From positions 20,708,001 through 20,772,000 of the forward strand of contig JBHGNT010000011.1 of the NCBI GenBank assembly GCA_043228905.1: a stretch of 64,000 bases of DNA. The letters run 5' to 3'. The DNA is from Azolla caroliniana (taxonomy: Eukaryota; Plantae; Polypodiophyta). Each line of letters opens with the position of its first letter. Positions within the stretch are counted from its first letter, which is position 1. This document shows positions 37,601-48,000 of this stretch, piece after piece. Position numbers and translations under genes: made by a program. The notes under the pieces were generated by a model, which worked only from the letters and a program-made list of their open reading frames with translations, made no database searches and was not told where the DNA came from.

Positions 37601-38730
37601 CGCACATCCTTCAGCAGCATCTTGCATCCGGTTGATGTCATCAGCCACACGTCTCCTATGCCGGCTATCCGGCACGTACCTTCATTTCCCATCCGGACAC
37701 AGCCGTGCTCACCGGCTGTGTAGGATGAGAAGTATTTCTTCTCCGGGGTCAGGTGGAACGACGCTCCGGAATCGACCACCCAGGTCATCTCTACACCGGC
37801 AAGGTTCAGCTCCCTCTCTTCGGTAATAAGCATTATCTCTTCTTCACTTGCCGCGAGTGCCGTCGTTCCTTTCCGGTCCTGCCCTCGCCGATCCGGACCT
37901 CTCCGGTCCGTGGCTCCCCGGTATGCACCGTTTCTCTCCGGTGATTTCTTCGAATCGGTGTCGTCGGCTCCGTTGTCTTTTCGGTAATGCCGACAATTCT
38001 TCCGGAAGTGCCCCGGCTTCCCACAGTGGAAGCAAATGGGTCTTCCTCTTGACTGCGACCGGGTCCCCGACTTCTCCCGTCTTTGCGGACTCCGGTTCCA
38101 TTGTCTTCCCCGTTCCGATTCGGCAAGCAGCGCCTTCGAGTCGGAGGCCGGTTCTTTATCTCTCCGACGCGCTTCTTCGTTCAAAATACTTGTCTTTACC
38201 GTTTGTAGGGACAAGTTGTCTTCCGTGCAGGAGGTGCTGAGAGTCACCACCAAGTTCTCCCAGCTGTCCGGCAATGTACACATCAGGATGATGGCTTGCA
38301 TTGCATCCTCCAACGGGAACTTGATCGCCGCAAGCTGGTTCACGAATCCCATGAACGTACTTACGTGTTCCACCATACTCTCGCCGTCCCGGTACTTGAG
38401 ATTCACAATCTTCCTCATCAGGGAGGTCCGGTTCAGCGCATTCTTCCTCTCATAGAGGCCCGACAGCTTCTTCCACATTTCGTATGCGTTGGTGTCGTTC
38501 GCCACATGTTGTAGGACGCTTACGTCGACATATTGTCGGATCGTCGCTACGGCTTTCCGGTTCAGGAGCTTCCACTCCGACTCAAGTACCCCTTTCGGTA
38601 TTTCCGACCTGTCAATCGGTTCGTACAGGTCCCGAACAATCAGAAGATCCTCCATCTTGATCTTCCAGTCGGCGTAATTCTGTGCATTCAGCACCATCAT
38701 CATCGGCTGCCCGCTGCCGCCGCCTTCCAT
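34657..38730 (-). CDS. Copia Gag-Pol polyprotein (gag, zinc knuckle, protease, integrase, RT, RNase H); first ATG at 38730 (the ORF track starts at an upstream TTG)
   Basis: CFHCGKPGHFRKNC, WVVDSGAS, HKRLCH..CTDC, VHTD/DNGGEY/NGLAER, QMDVKTAFLHG, LYVDDML, FTDSD, TEAEY, CDSQSAI, SDMLTK. PR-IN-RT-RH order is the copia order. Confidence 0.97.
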   Translation of the reverse strand: MEGGGSGQPMMMVLNAQNYADWKIKMEDLLIVRDLYEPIDRSEIPKGVLESEWKLLNRKAVATIRQYVDVSVLQHVANDTNAYEMWKKLSGLYERKNALNRTSLMRKIVNLKYRDGESMVEHVSTFMGFVNQLAAIKFPLEDAMQAIILMCTLPDSWENLVVTLSTSCTEDNLSLQTVKTSILNEEARRRDKEPASDSKALLAESERGRQWNRSPQRREKSGTRSQSRGRPICFHCGKPGHFRKNCRHYRKDNGADDTDSKKSPERNGAYRGATDRRGPDRRGQDRKGTTALAASEEEIMLITEERELNLAGVEMTWVVDSGASFHLTPEKKYFSSYTAGEHGCVRMGNEGTCRIAGIGDVWLMTSTGCKMLLKDVRHVPEVRLNLISAGRLDDEGYTGSIRNGVMKFSKGSLIVARARKVNTLYLMNSRLCLEELNVAADTAGELWHKRLCHMSEKGMKRLAEDNLIPVKHVHLEKCTDCLAGKQNRTSFHSRPPTRRSAPLELVHTDVCQVETKSHGGAQYFVTFIDDHSRKLWTAPLKTKDQVLSVFKELHARVERESGKKLKAIRADNGGEYRGQFQEYCRSKGIRLEFTVPKTPELNGLAERMNRTIMERVRSMLAHAKLPKGFWAEAMSTATYVINRSPSVPLDGDTPQKVWTGKEVSYRHLKVFGCLAYVHVAKDRRGKLDPKTRPCIFLGYGDDEFGYRVWDPVDKKIFRSRDIIFMEDKTLADWESEKKMKSSKSTGEDQLYEEQSRPARDRLALEDPAEDGEETEPAEEDENDTGTGPDPEIDSDEEESEEPVTEVPERRYPLRERRAPRRFPEPEHVLLTDEGEPESFEEAKHDTQSRRWLSAMQDEMDSLHENHTYELVELPKGKRALRNKWVFKLKPGDAGNPPRYKARIVVKGFQQKKGVDFDEIFAPVVKMTSIRTVLSIAASMDLEVEQMDVKTAFLHGDLEEEIYMQQPEGFEKKGKEHLVCRLKKSLYGLKQAPRQWYRKFDSFMTDEGYLKTQSDHCVFVKKFEGGDFLILLLYVDDMLIVGRDQVKIRMLKKALHRTFSMKDLGPARQILGMHIIRDRKKKQLWLSQEKYVTKVLHRFNMSEARPVGSTLPANCKLSSKQCPKTKAEKEDMMKVPYASAVGSLMYAMVCTRPDIGYAVGVVSRYMSNPGKEHWNAVKWILRYLKGTANVCLRFGSGKPELDGFTDSDMSADADTSRSTSGYVMTYAGGAVSWQSRLQKTVALSTTEAEYMAAVEAGKEVIWMKDFIRELGIRQEEYRLYCDSQSAIHLAKNAAYHSRTKHIQRRYHWIRERIEDKEFVLTKVHTDENGSDMLTKVLTPDKLEACRKRIGLERHPMPK

Positions 38731-38745
38731 TTTCTGCAACAGTCA

Positions 38746-38756
38746 CTCTGATACCA
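38746..38756 (-). promoter_or_regulatory. Primer-binding site (tRNAi-Met)
   Basis: TGGTATCAGAG, 3 nt inside the 5' LTR boundary. Confidence 0.92.
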
Positions 38757-38759
38757 CTT

Positions 38760-39488
38760 TGTAAAGCTTTGACGCTATCAAAGCTTTCGCCTCTCGGCCA
38801 CAACCAAGACAACACGGATCAATGCAGCAGAAAAATGAAAACAAAGACACAGAGAGATGAATACACAGGGTATAACGTGGAAAACCCTAAACGGGAAAAA
38901 CCACGGGAGTGCACGACTCCAACTACCACTATACACTGGAATATACAATGGCGAGGCTACAAGGCAACAACCTTGAGCTCGCTGTCCTCGCCACAGGCGG
39001 CGGTATTACACAGAGGCGTCGACCTCTTCGTTTCTCTCTCTCTCTCTCTCGGCTGCTCTCACTTCGCTCCCTCTAAGTGGAAAAACAGACAATGAGCAAC
39101 AACCACATAAAACTGTTTGCCCTAAGTCATATTTATACACATATGACTTTCGGGCTATTTACAAATATAGCCTCAAGGGCTCTTGGCAAACATATTCACA
39201 AATATGTCTCCGCATCCGGATCTCTCTCCGGGTACATTCATCATCCGGTTCCGTAACCGGGGTCTTCATCATCCGGCTCCGTAACCGGGGTCTTCATCAT
39301 CCGGCTCCGTAACCGGGGTCTTCATCATCCGGTTCCGTAACCGGGGTCTTCATCATCCGGCTCCGTAACCGGGGTCTTCATCATCCGGCTCCGTAACCGG
39401 GGTCTTCATCATCCGGTTCCGTAACCGCAACCGGGCTTGCCGTCATTCATCTCCGGACATCCCATCCGGAGGGACCGTAATCCCAACA
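38760..39488 (-). repeat. 5' LTR of the intact copia; TATAAATA at 39137-39130; U3 28-bp tandem array 39237-39427
   Basis: Adjacent to the PBS. The TATA context GTATAAATATGACTTAGGGCAA is shared with the solo LTR (TATA at 43514). Confidence 0.97.
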
Positions 39489-41820
39489 TAAGCAACATTG
39501 CTTTTAATTTGTCTTCGATCGTCATCCCTTGAGCTGAAATTTGAGAGTTTAGACTTTCGTACTCGTGGAGGTGTGCCTAAACCGAGTCGTGGTGCAGACA
39601 ATTCTCTCCAGCCTTTGCCACGCATTCGGCTTGAATCCTTTTGGAGTGTTTTCTGTTTCGATTGGGTCAATTTGACCTTTGACTATTAGATAGTCTTGCA
39701 TCAAACTTCCTTAGACTCATTTCTGATGAGCTGGATGATGATGCCATCTGTGTCAACCTTGGAAGATTATGTTTAGAGTTGACTACGAACAGTGGTAGTG
39801 TGCAGCTGACTAGCTCACCCAAATTCATTCTTGCCAGATTTGGACACGAGTTTGCCCATTGGGTTTCGAAGGACTTTTTGATGGTGAGTTTGCTCCAAGT
39901 GGCTACAGCGAGTGGAGGGACAGAGCTGACTGGTCTTACCGAATATCGCTTAGTTGAGTTGAGCACAACTATATGCCAAATAGGTTCTTAATACCAATTT
40001 TAGAGGACGGTCACAAATTGCGTGCCTCCTTTTCAGGTCGATATTGCTTCGAGTGACTACGATGATTGGAGGGACGGATTTAAACTATTCTTCCCGGATT
40101 TCGTATAGCCAAGTGAAGCACAGATGAGGTTGCTCCTAGGGTTGGATCTGCTTTGAGTGATTACAACAAATGAGTGGATAGTGTCTAACCTAGTAAAGCA
40201 CGATTGACGCCGGTTTGATAGAGATTCCACTTAGAACGGTTGCAATCACAGAAGCAAGGTACAACCGGTTGGCTTACCTTAAGAATGATCTAGCTCACTA
40301 GAGTGCAAATCTTCGGATGTCTTTCTCTTCTCAAGATGAGATCTTCAACTCGGGATCTTCAGGAAGACAAGGACAAGAATGTTGTTGAAAATAAATGACA
40401 GCCGACAACGAGTTGAATAACCTGGCTCTAATACCAAATGTTGTAGTATGAGACCATCAGTGCGGAAACAAGAACATCATCTATGCTTAGAAGATCACTG
40501 AGTTAGCATGATAGAGCAAGATCAAACAGACAAAGTGAGAAAGAAACAAAGATATATTAACGTCTTCTGAGAGAAGGAGAGAGACACAATATGTAACCGT
40601 ATTATTCGAACTCAAGAGTCAAAGTTACAATAGAATGGAGGCAACAACCTTATCAGCTAGGTTACAAAGCCCGTTATATAATAACGGGGCTAGGGCAACT
40701 GCCCTTTTTGACATATTTACATAATTGTCCTAAACCTAGTCTGTCCAAGGGACAATGTGAATACGGCCATTAAACACCCATATTCGACAAGATGCACTTG
40801 GATTTTGACTTAGTTTGGGCAATAGTTGTTGGCAGTTTACAAACTATCATTAAGGATTATGATCAATTGTATGTTTCAATCCAATATAAAACGAAATTAG
40901 TATCGCATACTAGACCTGTATCTTTTGTAGAAGAGGATGTGGTTTGTAGAGTAAATGTTCTCTAACTCAAAAACTCTTACCCTTGTGTCATATGAATGGC
41001 ATGCACACACGTGGCCAAGGCACATAATTTGCCTATATGCGATGATAAGGCATATTGCTTGTCCCCTCAGTCGAATGGGTTTTGCTAAGAATTGGACAAG
41101 AATTCATTTATTGGGAGATAGCAACTTGATCAATACAATTCTTTTTAAGGAGAGTAATCGATATTGATATTGATTGTTTATCTACAATGTCGTTTACCTC
41201 TTATTGGTTGGTTCATGGACATGGTGAAAACAAAAGTTTTTAAATATTTGGACCATTTTTTGAGCTCTAAACATGGTAAGAGAGTGAGGTCTTTAGCTTT
41301 TGTCACAAGCAAAGTTAAGCATGCCACTTATATTAAATTTATTTGATCTAAAGGTGCTCACGTTGAAGAGGAACGTTACAATGAAAATTTGTATATCTTT
41401 GTGGGTTTTTACCTCACAGTGAGTTTCCCTACTAGAAATATACCTATAGTAGGTGTTTATATTTATTTACCTCTCATGTATTCATTCTCCTTCATTTATC
41501 ACATTTTGAACATCCTACTATATAGCTTAAATTCTTAAACGCCCAGGAGATGGTAAAGAACAAAACAAAAAAACTGTTGCATTTTTCAGTATTGATAATT
41601 TAGTTTTGTTTCGTCATCTTTCAACAATATTACATAAATAGTCATAAAACAAGTTCAGTAGGTTACAAAGGAACAAGCACATTATACATTAGTTCACTTT
41701 ACATGTGAAGAAATCATAAGGAGAGCTCATGGCTGCATCTATTTGAATTTATATGCATATTATCATTTATTATAAACCTCGCTATGTACGAAGGTTTCTA
41801 TCCAAAAGAAGAAATTGAGA

Positions 41821-41981
41821 TGGGTGTTTCCTCTCTATTCGGAAGTCACACCTTGGAAAGATGAGCTATTGATATACAAATGATCAACGATTGAAGAGAA
41901 GTGGGCATTTCCTCTGTATTCAGAAGTCACAACTTGGAAAGATGAGCTATTGATGTACAAATGATCAACGATTGAAGAGAA
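41821..41981. repeat. 81-bp tandem duplication in the probable 3' UTR of the U-box kinase gene
   Basis: TGGG..TTTCCTCT.TATTC.GAAGTCACA.CTTGGAAAGATGAGCTATTGAT.TACAAATGATCAACGATTGAAGAGAA at 41821 and 41902. Confidence 0.9.
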
Positions 41982-42073
41982 ACATCATCGATATAAGAGC
42001 AAAAGAGAATGATACGTCATATAAAATGAAGATAGAGACAAATCACAAGTCACTATGAACTAGGGAACCATCC

Positions 42074-45000
42074 TTATTCAGAAAAACGTGATAGTCTTTG
42101 GTTCCACTCCAATATAGCTGAACGTAAAGACAGACTGGGTGTCAATTGCTTGTTTCGTAACTTCGCATTGGTCATTGGCGAAGTCTTATGATCCCGAAGC
42201 CATTGTTTGATTGAAGAGTACTCATATGTATAACCATCAGCTGCAATATGGGGATCTTTCATTATTTCCTAAAGAAAGAAAGAAAGATATATTTAAGTCT
42301 TTTAAAGAAACATGACATAATCTCAAATATCACCATTTAAATTAAATTGTCAGGCGTGGGTTACTTGGTTCTAGTAAGATAACACTTTGAATTTATTTAA
42401 ACATCATCTAAATACATTCGCATGAATTTAATTCAATCTCATTTTAATAATGCAAATTCGGGACAACGTAATGCATATGCTCTATCTTTACTTATGTACA
42501 TTGTAGACATAAACACAACATATAAGGGATGCTAAAATCTTTTGAGTTGTTAAGTATTCAGTCTTAAATTAACATTCTTTTTAGTGCACAATGATGAGAA
42601 CCCTAATGGCAGTGCAAAGACATGGCTACAAACATAGGCAATTTGACGAGCTGTATTTTTAATCTTCTTTCATGTTTTCATGTTTTTTTTATTTTGCACT
42701 TGCTCCCCCTGAACTTTTGGAATCAGGCAAAATGTGTGAAACGGCCAATGTCCAATTATCAATCCCTAGACTGGAGGAGCCAGAGTTGGCTGGCCCCAAG
42801 ATCAGCATGTAATTAATCTAGTTGGCATCGGGTTCTGATGTGCATAACATGTGTGCATCTTATTGTTAAGTTATGCCTTTTAAAGTCACTTTTAGGCTCC
42901 ATCTTATGGTATCGTGTTCTATTAGTTTATCAGTAATAATGAAACAAAAACAAGTGGCAGTGTTTGGGACCAATGCAGTGTCAACTTGCTTGTTCAGAAT
43001 TATTCTAGTTTTTTAGAATGTCGGGAGCAAAAGATGGTGTATATTAGATAATGAGCTTAATTAGTTCCGAATATACAAGAATGCTGCTAAGAGCGGTTTT
43101 TACGAATGCGTTCTAAAATACTGCAAAGCTATAACTGGTTATTACCATAAACACAAAATCATGAAGTGGGAAGACCAACTGTCATAACCAAGAAATCATG
43201 AAGTGGGAAGACAGGCAGTTATAACCAAGGAAGCTTGCCACGTTAAGTATACCACTCGTCTCCTAGATGTGAAATTAAGTTTAGTCGGTCCAAAAACTTA
43301 AGGAGATATTTCTGTTGGGAAATCGGTCCCTCCGGATGGGATCCGATTATGAATGAAGAGGACCCGGTGAGAACCTGAAGAGATCCAAAAACCGGATCGG
43401 GTGGACCCAGTGAGAACTGGAAGAGATCCGGAAACCGGATCGGATGGACCCGGTGAGAACTGGAAGAGAAGACATATTTGTAAATATGTTCTGAGTAAAT
43501 ATGTTCATATAAGTATAAATATGACTTAGGGCAATCGCTTTATGTGTGATGAGTGTTGAGTTGTTGTCATATTGTTGTATGTGTATAACTGCTGTACAGA
43601 GAGAGAGTGAGATACATAGCGATACTCTGTTGTAACCACCGCCTGGCGAAGATACAGAGCTCGAGGTAGTTGCCTCCGAACCTCTGATTGTACTGTTCTC
43701 ATATAGTGATAGTTGGAGTCTGTGGGCTCCCGTGGTTTTTTCCCATTCAGGGTTTTCCACGTAAACATCCTGTGTACTCTCCTTTGTATTCATATCTATT
43801 CCCATTTCCGTGTTTCATTCTCATCGAAGTGATTCAAGACTCGGTTGTGGCCGAGCAATATTCTGCACTATTCTCGTCAGTTTCTTCATTCATATGAGAT
43901 TTCCCAGGTTCAAAATTTTAGCTAGATTGGTGGTTCAACTGGTGTTTTACAACCCTCTGGAAATCTCATGTTCTGGATGAGAATGGCCAATCAAGAACCT
44001 TTTGGTTAAAAATCTCATGTGTACAAGGAAAGTGAGAAAATCAATTTCCGATAATAGATCAGGGTCAGAGGGTGTTGAATGTCTGCAACCACCCCTAGGG
44101 ACATTAAGAATGACCCCCATGATACTTTTGGTCATGACATATGCCAATCAACATCTTTACTCTGAAGGTGAAGACATGGTCAAGGCCTAGAAGACGAGAT
44201 AGATGTTTCTCTCATTAAGTATACTAATTACATTTCCTTATTCCAACTCTCTGTCTTCCAAATAATGACGGTTCATGCTGCTCATCTATTTAACTCTTGT
44301 AAACGCCAGAATATGCTTTCATAAGTAGCCTTCACATCATTTACTCATTCTATTTTCTTTGTTGTTCTAAGGTTAACCTCTTGCAGCGGTTTGGTCTATT
44401 ACCAATGTTAATACTTTTTATTTCTTTTTGTAGGCATTTTGTTCACCATTTTCCTAGATGAGAATATCTTCAATGGTAATCTCTCTAACAGGGCTAAGCA
44501 TAACAATATATCAGAGATTTTAGGCCTTACAAAAATTTCTCACAAATGACAAATATACCAGATATTATGAGGTTTACTGAAATTCTAAATGACAAATATA
44601 CTATGAGCTATGGTCGTGTGGTGCTAAGGCTTGGGCTTTGCCCCTTAATGGTGTGAGTTCAAGTTTTTTGCAATTGGATTTAAAAGCTGCATCATTTATA
44701 GAAACTCTTCGAAATTTTAATTTGAGATCACACATTATAGTTTGCCCCTAATAAAATGGCTTTATAAAATTGACATAGACACATTTTCTACAATAAAAGA
44801 AGTGGAAATTTTGTGATGCTAACAAATGTATACTTCAGAGGCAATTAATTGCTAGGTTTCACAGGCTATTTTATGACAATGCACTAAACTGATTCTCTAA
44901 ACTTGAACTAATCCTATAATTTGTACAATTTTAGTATTTCCTAGTACACTCAACATCTTGTTTGAAGTACGTTTAAAATATAGAATCAAATTAATCTTAA

Positions 45001-48000
45001 CTATGCCTCAGCAAATTGTGCATACATCACATACTTTTGATAATAAAAAGACACATTCTCAAACTTACTCTACAGGTACAATATTTGCATTCAGTGCACA
45101 ATTTTAGTCCTTCGAACATTTACACTGAACAAACTATAAATTCACAAAGCAGCAATACTAGGTATAATCTTAAATAATGAAACTGAGAATGCAATCTTAC
45201 CTTTGAGATCGGACATATAAAAAAGCTCGGAACAGGTTGGCGAGAGTCCGAAAGAGCTTGTGTTTTCTTCCATGCTGTTTGAGCAATATAGTCTTCAGCA
45301 ACGGATTTCAGCTTTAAAAGTTTTGGTAAAATATCTGTTTCAAGACAAGGGCGGTTTTGCCTCTTTAACTGTGAGCAATTGATAGCCATAATAGCCATCT
45401 CTGTAGCTTCAGAAATGGGCCAATTACCAGCCATTGGATCGAGAACTTTATCCAATGTCTTCTCTCGTAAAGCAATATCAACAATAGCAGTCAACCCTAT
45501 TGGACCCCTTCCTGTCAAAAGCTGTAGCATGATAAGTCCAAGAGCATATACATCAGACTTCGGAGTGAAAACACCCGTCCTTTGGTACTCGGGATCAATA
45601 TATGCAAAAGTTCCAACAGGATTGGTATCTTTATAGACTGTAACACTATGTGAAGTGATACTTGGAGCCAATCTTGCTAAACCGACATCGCCAAGTTTAG
45701 TTGAGAAGTTCTGGTCCAAGAGAATATTTGCTGGCTTCAGATCCCTATGAACATATGGGTCTGGTTTTAATGAATGAAGAAAAACAAGGGCAGTTGTGAC
45801 TTCAGCAATGATTTGGAAGCGAAGATGCCATGGCAACGGCAATGTTCCACCCTTGCAATATAAACGATCCTCTAAACTGCCATTTACTAGGTATTCATAC
45901 ACAAGACACCCTTGCTCACGACAAGCCCCTAACAAGAGTACCAAGTGCGGGTGATGCATTCGGCTAAGAAAATCAACCTACAAAAAACAAAGCAACTATC
46001 ATGTCACTTTTTTTTCTTTTTGATCCATATTTGTTTCATGTTTCATTTTCTTCATCTTTGTTCTTTTTCTTTTCCTTTTTCATCTTTTTTTTGGGGGTTT
46101 AAACAGGCTTATGTTAACTATACATAAAGTCCATCACATTCACATTTGGCCTAATGTTAAGGAAAAGTAGAAAAGCTAGTTAGGTTACAAGTAAATATAA
46201 ATACATAGTTTCTTTTCAAAGGAGCTTTTCTTTTACCAAAAACAGAGCTTTAACTTAACTCGTAAATCCTAGCCCTAAATTTCTGTATGAATCAACTGGC
46301 ACCACAGTACGTACAAAAATTTACCTCATGCTGAAATTCCCGTGGACCTTGAACACTATCTTTTTTTAGAACTTTTATTGCCACCATTGTATGATGAAGC
46401 ATTCCTCTATAAACAGGTCCATATCCACCAAGACCAATTTGATTTAGCTCCGAAAACCCATTTGTTGCAATCTTCAGTTCTTCAAAACTATATTGTCGAT
46501 ATTTCATTTGGGCTTGCTGAAGGGCAGACAAAGCTGTTTGTCTGTCCAATGCTTCTTTGTTTGCTCGATCTTCTGCTTCTCTGCGCATTTGTGACTCTTT
46601 TTCTGCCATTAATCTGGCAGCTTTTAAAGCAACCAATGCCTCATCGAACTTCTTAGCTTCTATAGCAGCTTCTCTCTTGGCTTGCTTTGCTATTACCAAG
46701 GCTTGCTCTCGTTTCCTTCTCTCTTCTTTAGCATAAGTGTGAAGTTCATTTTCCTATCAGACATAATACATTGTCATACTTCTTTGCAAGCCTAACTTAG
46801 AAAATAATTGAAATGGCGTTCCTTTCATGTTCCACTCTTATTAAACTAAATGTTTAAGGGTGTGAAAAAGCTTTGCCAAAAAATTTAGTCTCATATTGTG
46901 CACATGCATAATTACCAAGGGGATTAAGAAATTCTCCTCATCATTTAAAAGTATGAATTTTCTTTCTTCGCCATACAAAACTTCGTAATCTTCTTTGAAA
47001 TTCATGCCTTACCAGATAATCAATCAAGCCATCTATGAGAAGTAATGAAAAGGTTTTTCACTTGATGACAGTTACTCAATAAATGAGATATTACATAGCA
47101 GGGATGGAGGCAATTCTCTCAGCTTCTAGACACAACTATACACTACCACTTGTCAAGAATGGTAAATACATAGGACCTTCTATATGTGACAATACTCCTG
47201 TACTAGAGAGGTCCTCTATATGGAATAATACTTCTGAAGAGGTCTTGTACATATTAAGGACTTGGTACTACTTGCATGAAAGCTTTGCATGCTCTGTGCA
47301 TATGCAGTACATAAGTTTTATCTGAACGTTATGCATATACATTACTTTGTTTCTATATAATCACATACTTATAGTGTACATGACAGTAAAGTTGCACAAC
47401 CATGTAGAATATATTGCCCAAATACCATAGAATTCCTCTTAGTTATTGTAGCTCCAATCAAAAAGCCTTTAGCTGTTATAAAAAGGGGATCCCGTTTTAC
47501 CTTTTGTACAGCCATGGCAACAGCTTGCTCTGCACTCATCACCCTTTGCTGAACACGCTTGAGTTCAACCTTCAGCTTATGGACATCATTTTGAACTTGA
47601 TCCTATATACATAGATAAATATCCTAGTGAAATCACGTGTATCATAATGGTTGATTTGAAAAACTTCTTAAATTTAGAGACATTCACCTGGCTAACAGTC
47701 TTGTGAGCTGACTCAACTTCATCTAAGCCATTTTCAGCGTGAGCTGACTCAACTTCATCTAATCCATTTTCAGCGTGAGCTGACTCAACTTCATCTAAGC
47801 CATTTTCAGTTTCATTCATATAACTGACAGCCCCATCAAATGATGATCTTGTATCATTCAATACAAGAAAATTTCCTAAATTACCAAAATTTTCCTCAGA
47901 AACCATGGAATCACGCTGACTTTTCATTTGTTCCACGTTAATACCATCTGATCCATAACTATCCAAGACCTTGGAACTATGAACATCAATATGATCATTC

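Larger units (their letters stand above)
33918..39488 (-). mobile_element. Intact, very recent Ty1/copia LTR retrotransposon (Tnt1-like)
   Basis: TG..CA LTRs 33918-34646 and 38760-39488 (729 bp each). 5-bp TSD TAAGC at 33913-33917 and 39489-39493. PBS, PPT and an uninterrupted gag-pol ORF. Confidence 0.98.
29797..40789 (-). mobile_element. Old degenerate Ty1/copia element (host of two nested insertions); 5' LTR 40439-40789, 3' end truncated
   Basis: LTR TGTTG..CGACA. PBS TGGTATTAGAGCCAGG (40421-40436, tRNAiMet type). gag starts MASSSSSSEMSLRKFD (ATG 39747) and includes KAMLLMSSLP.SWETFVTT. Broken integrase/RT, e.g. YA...GS.MY.MVATRP.IAH.VGVVSRFMHNPGRSHW..VK. RNaseH GYT.SDF.GCVDNRKSTT and GVISWKS, then homology stops at ~29797. 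Confidence 0.88.

Noticed and set aside
34595-38751. Many overlapping antisense/alternate-frame ORFs within the copia
   Set aside because: Expected shadow ORFs of GC-rich coding sequence; no motifs.
39983-39996. Second PBS-like motif TGGTATTAAGAACC
   Set aside because: Poor match and no adjacent LTR end; lies in the old element's leader.
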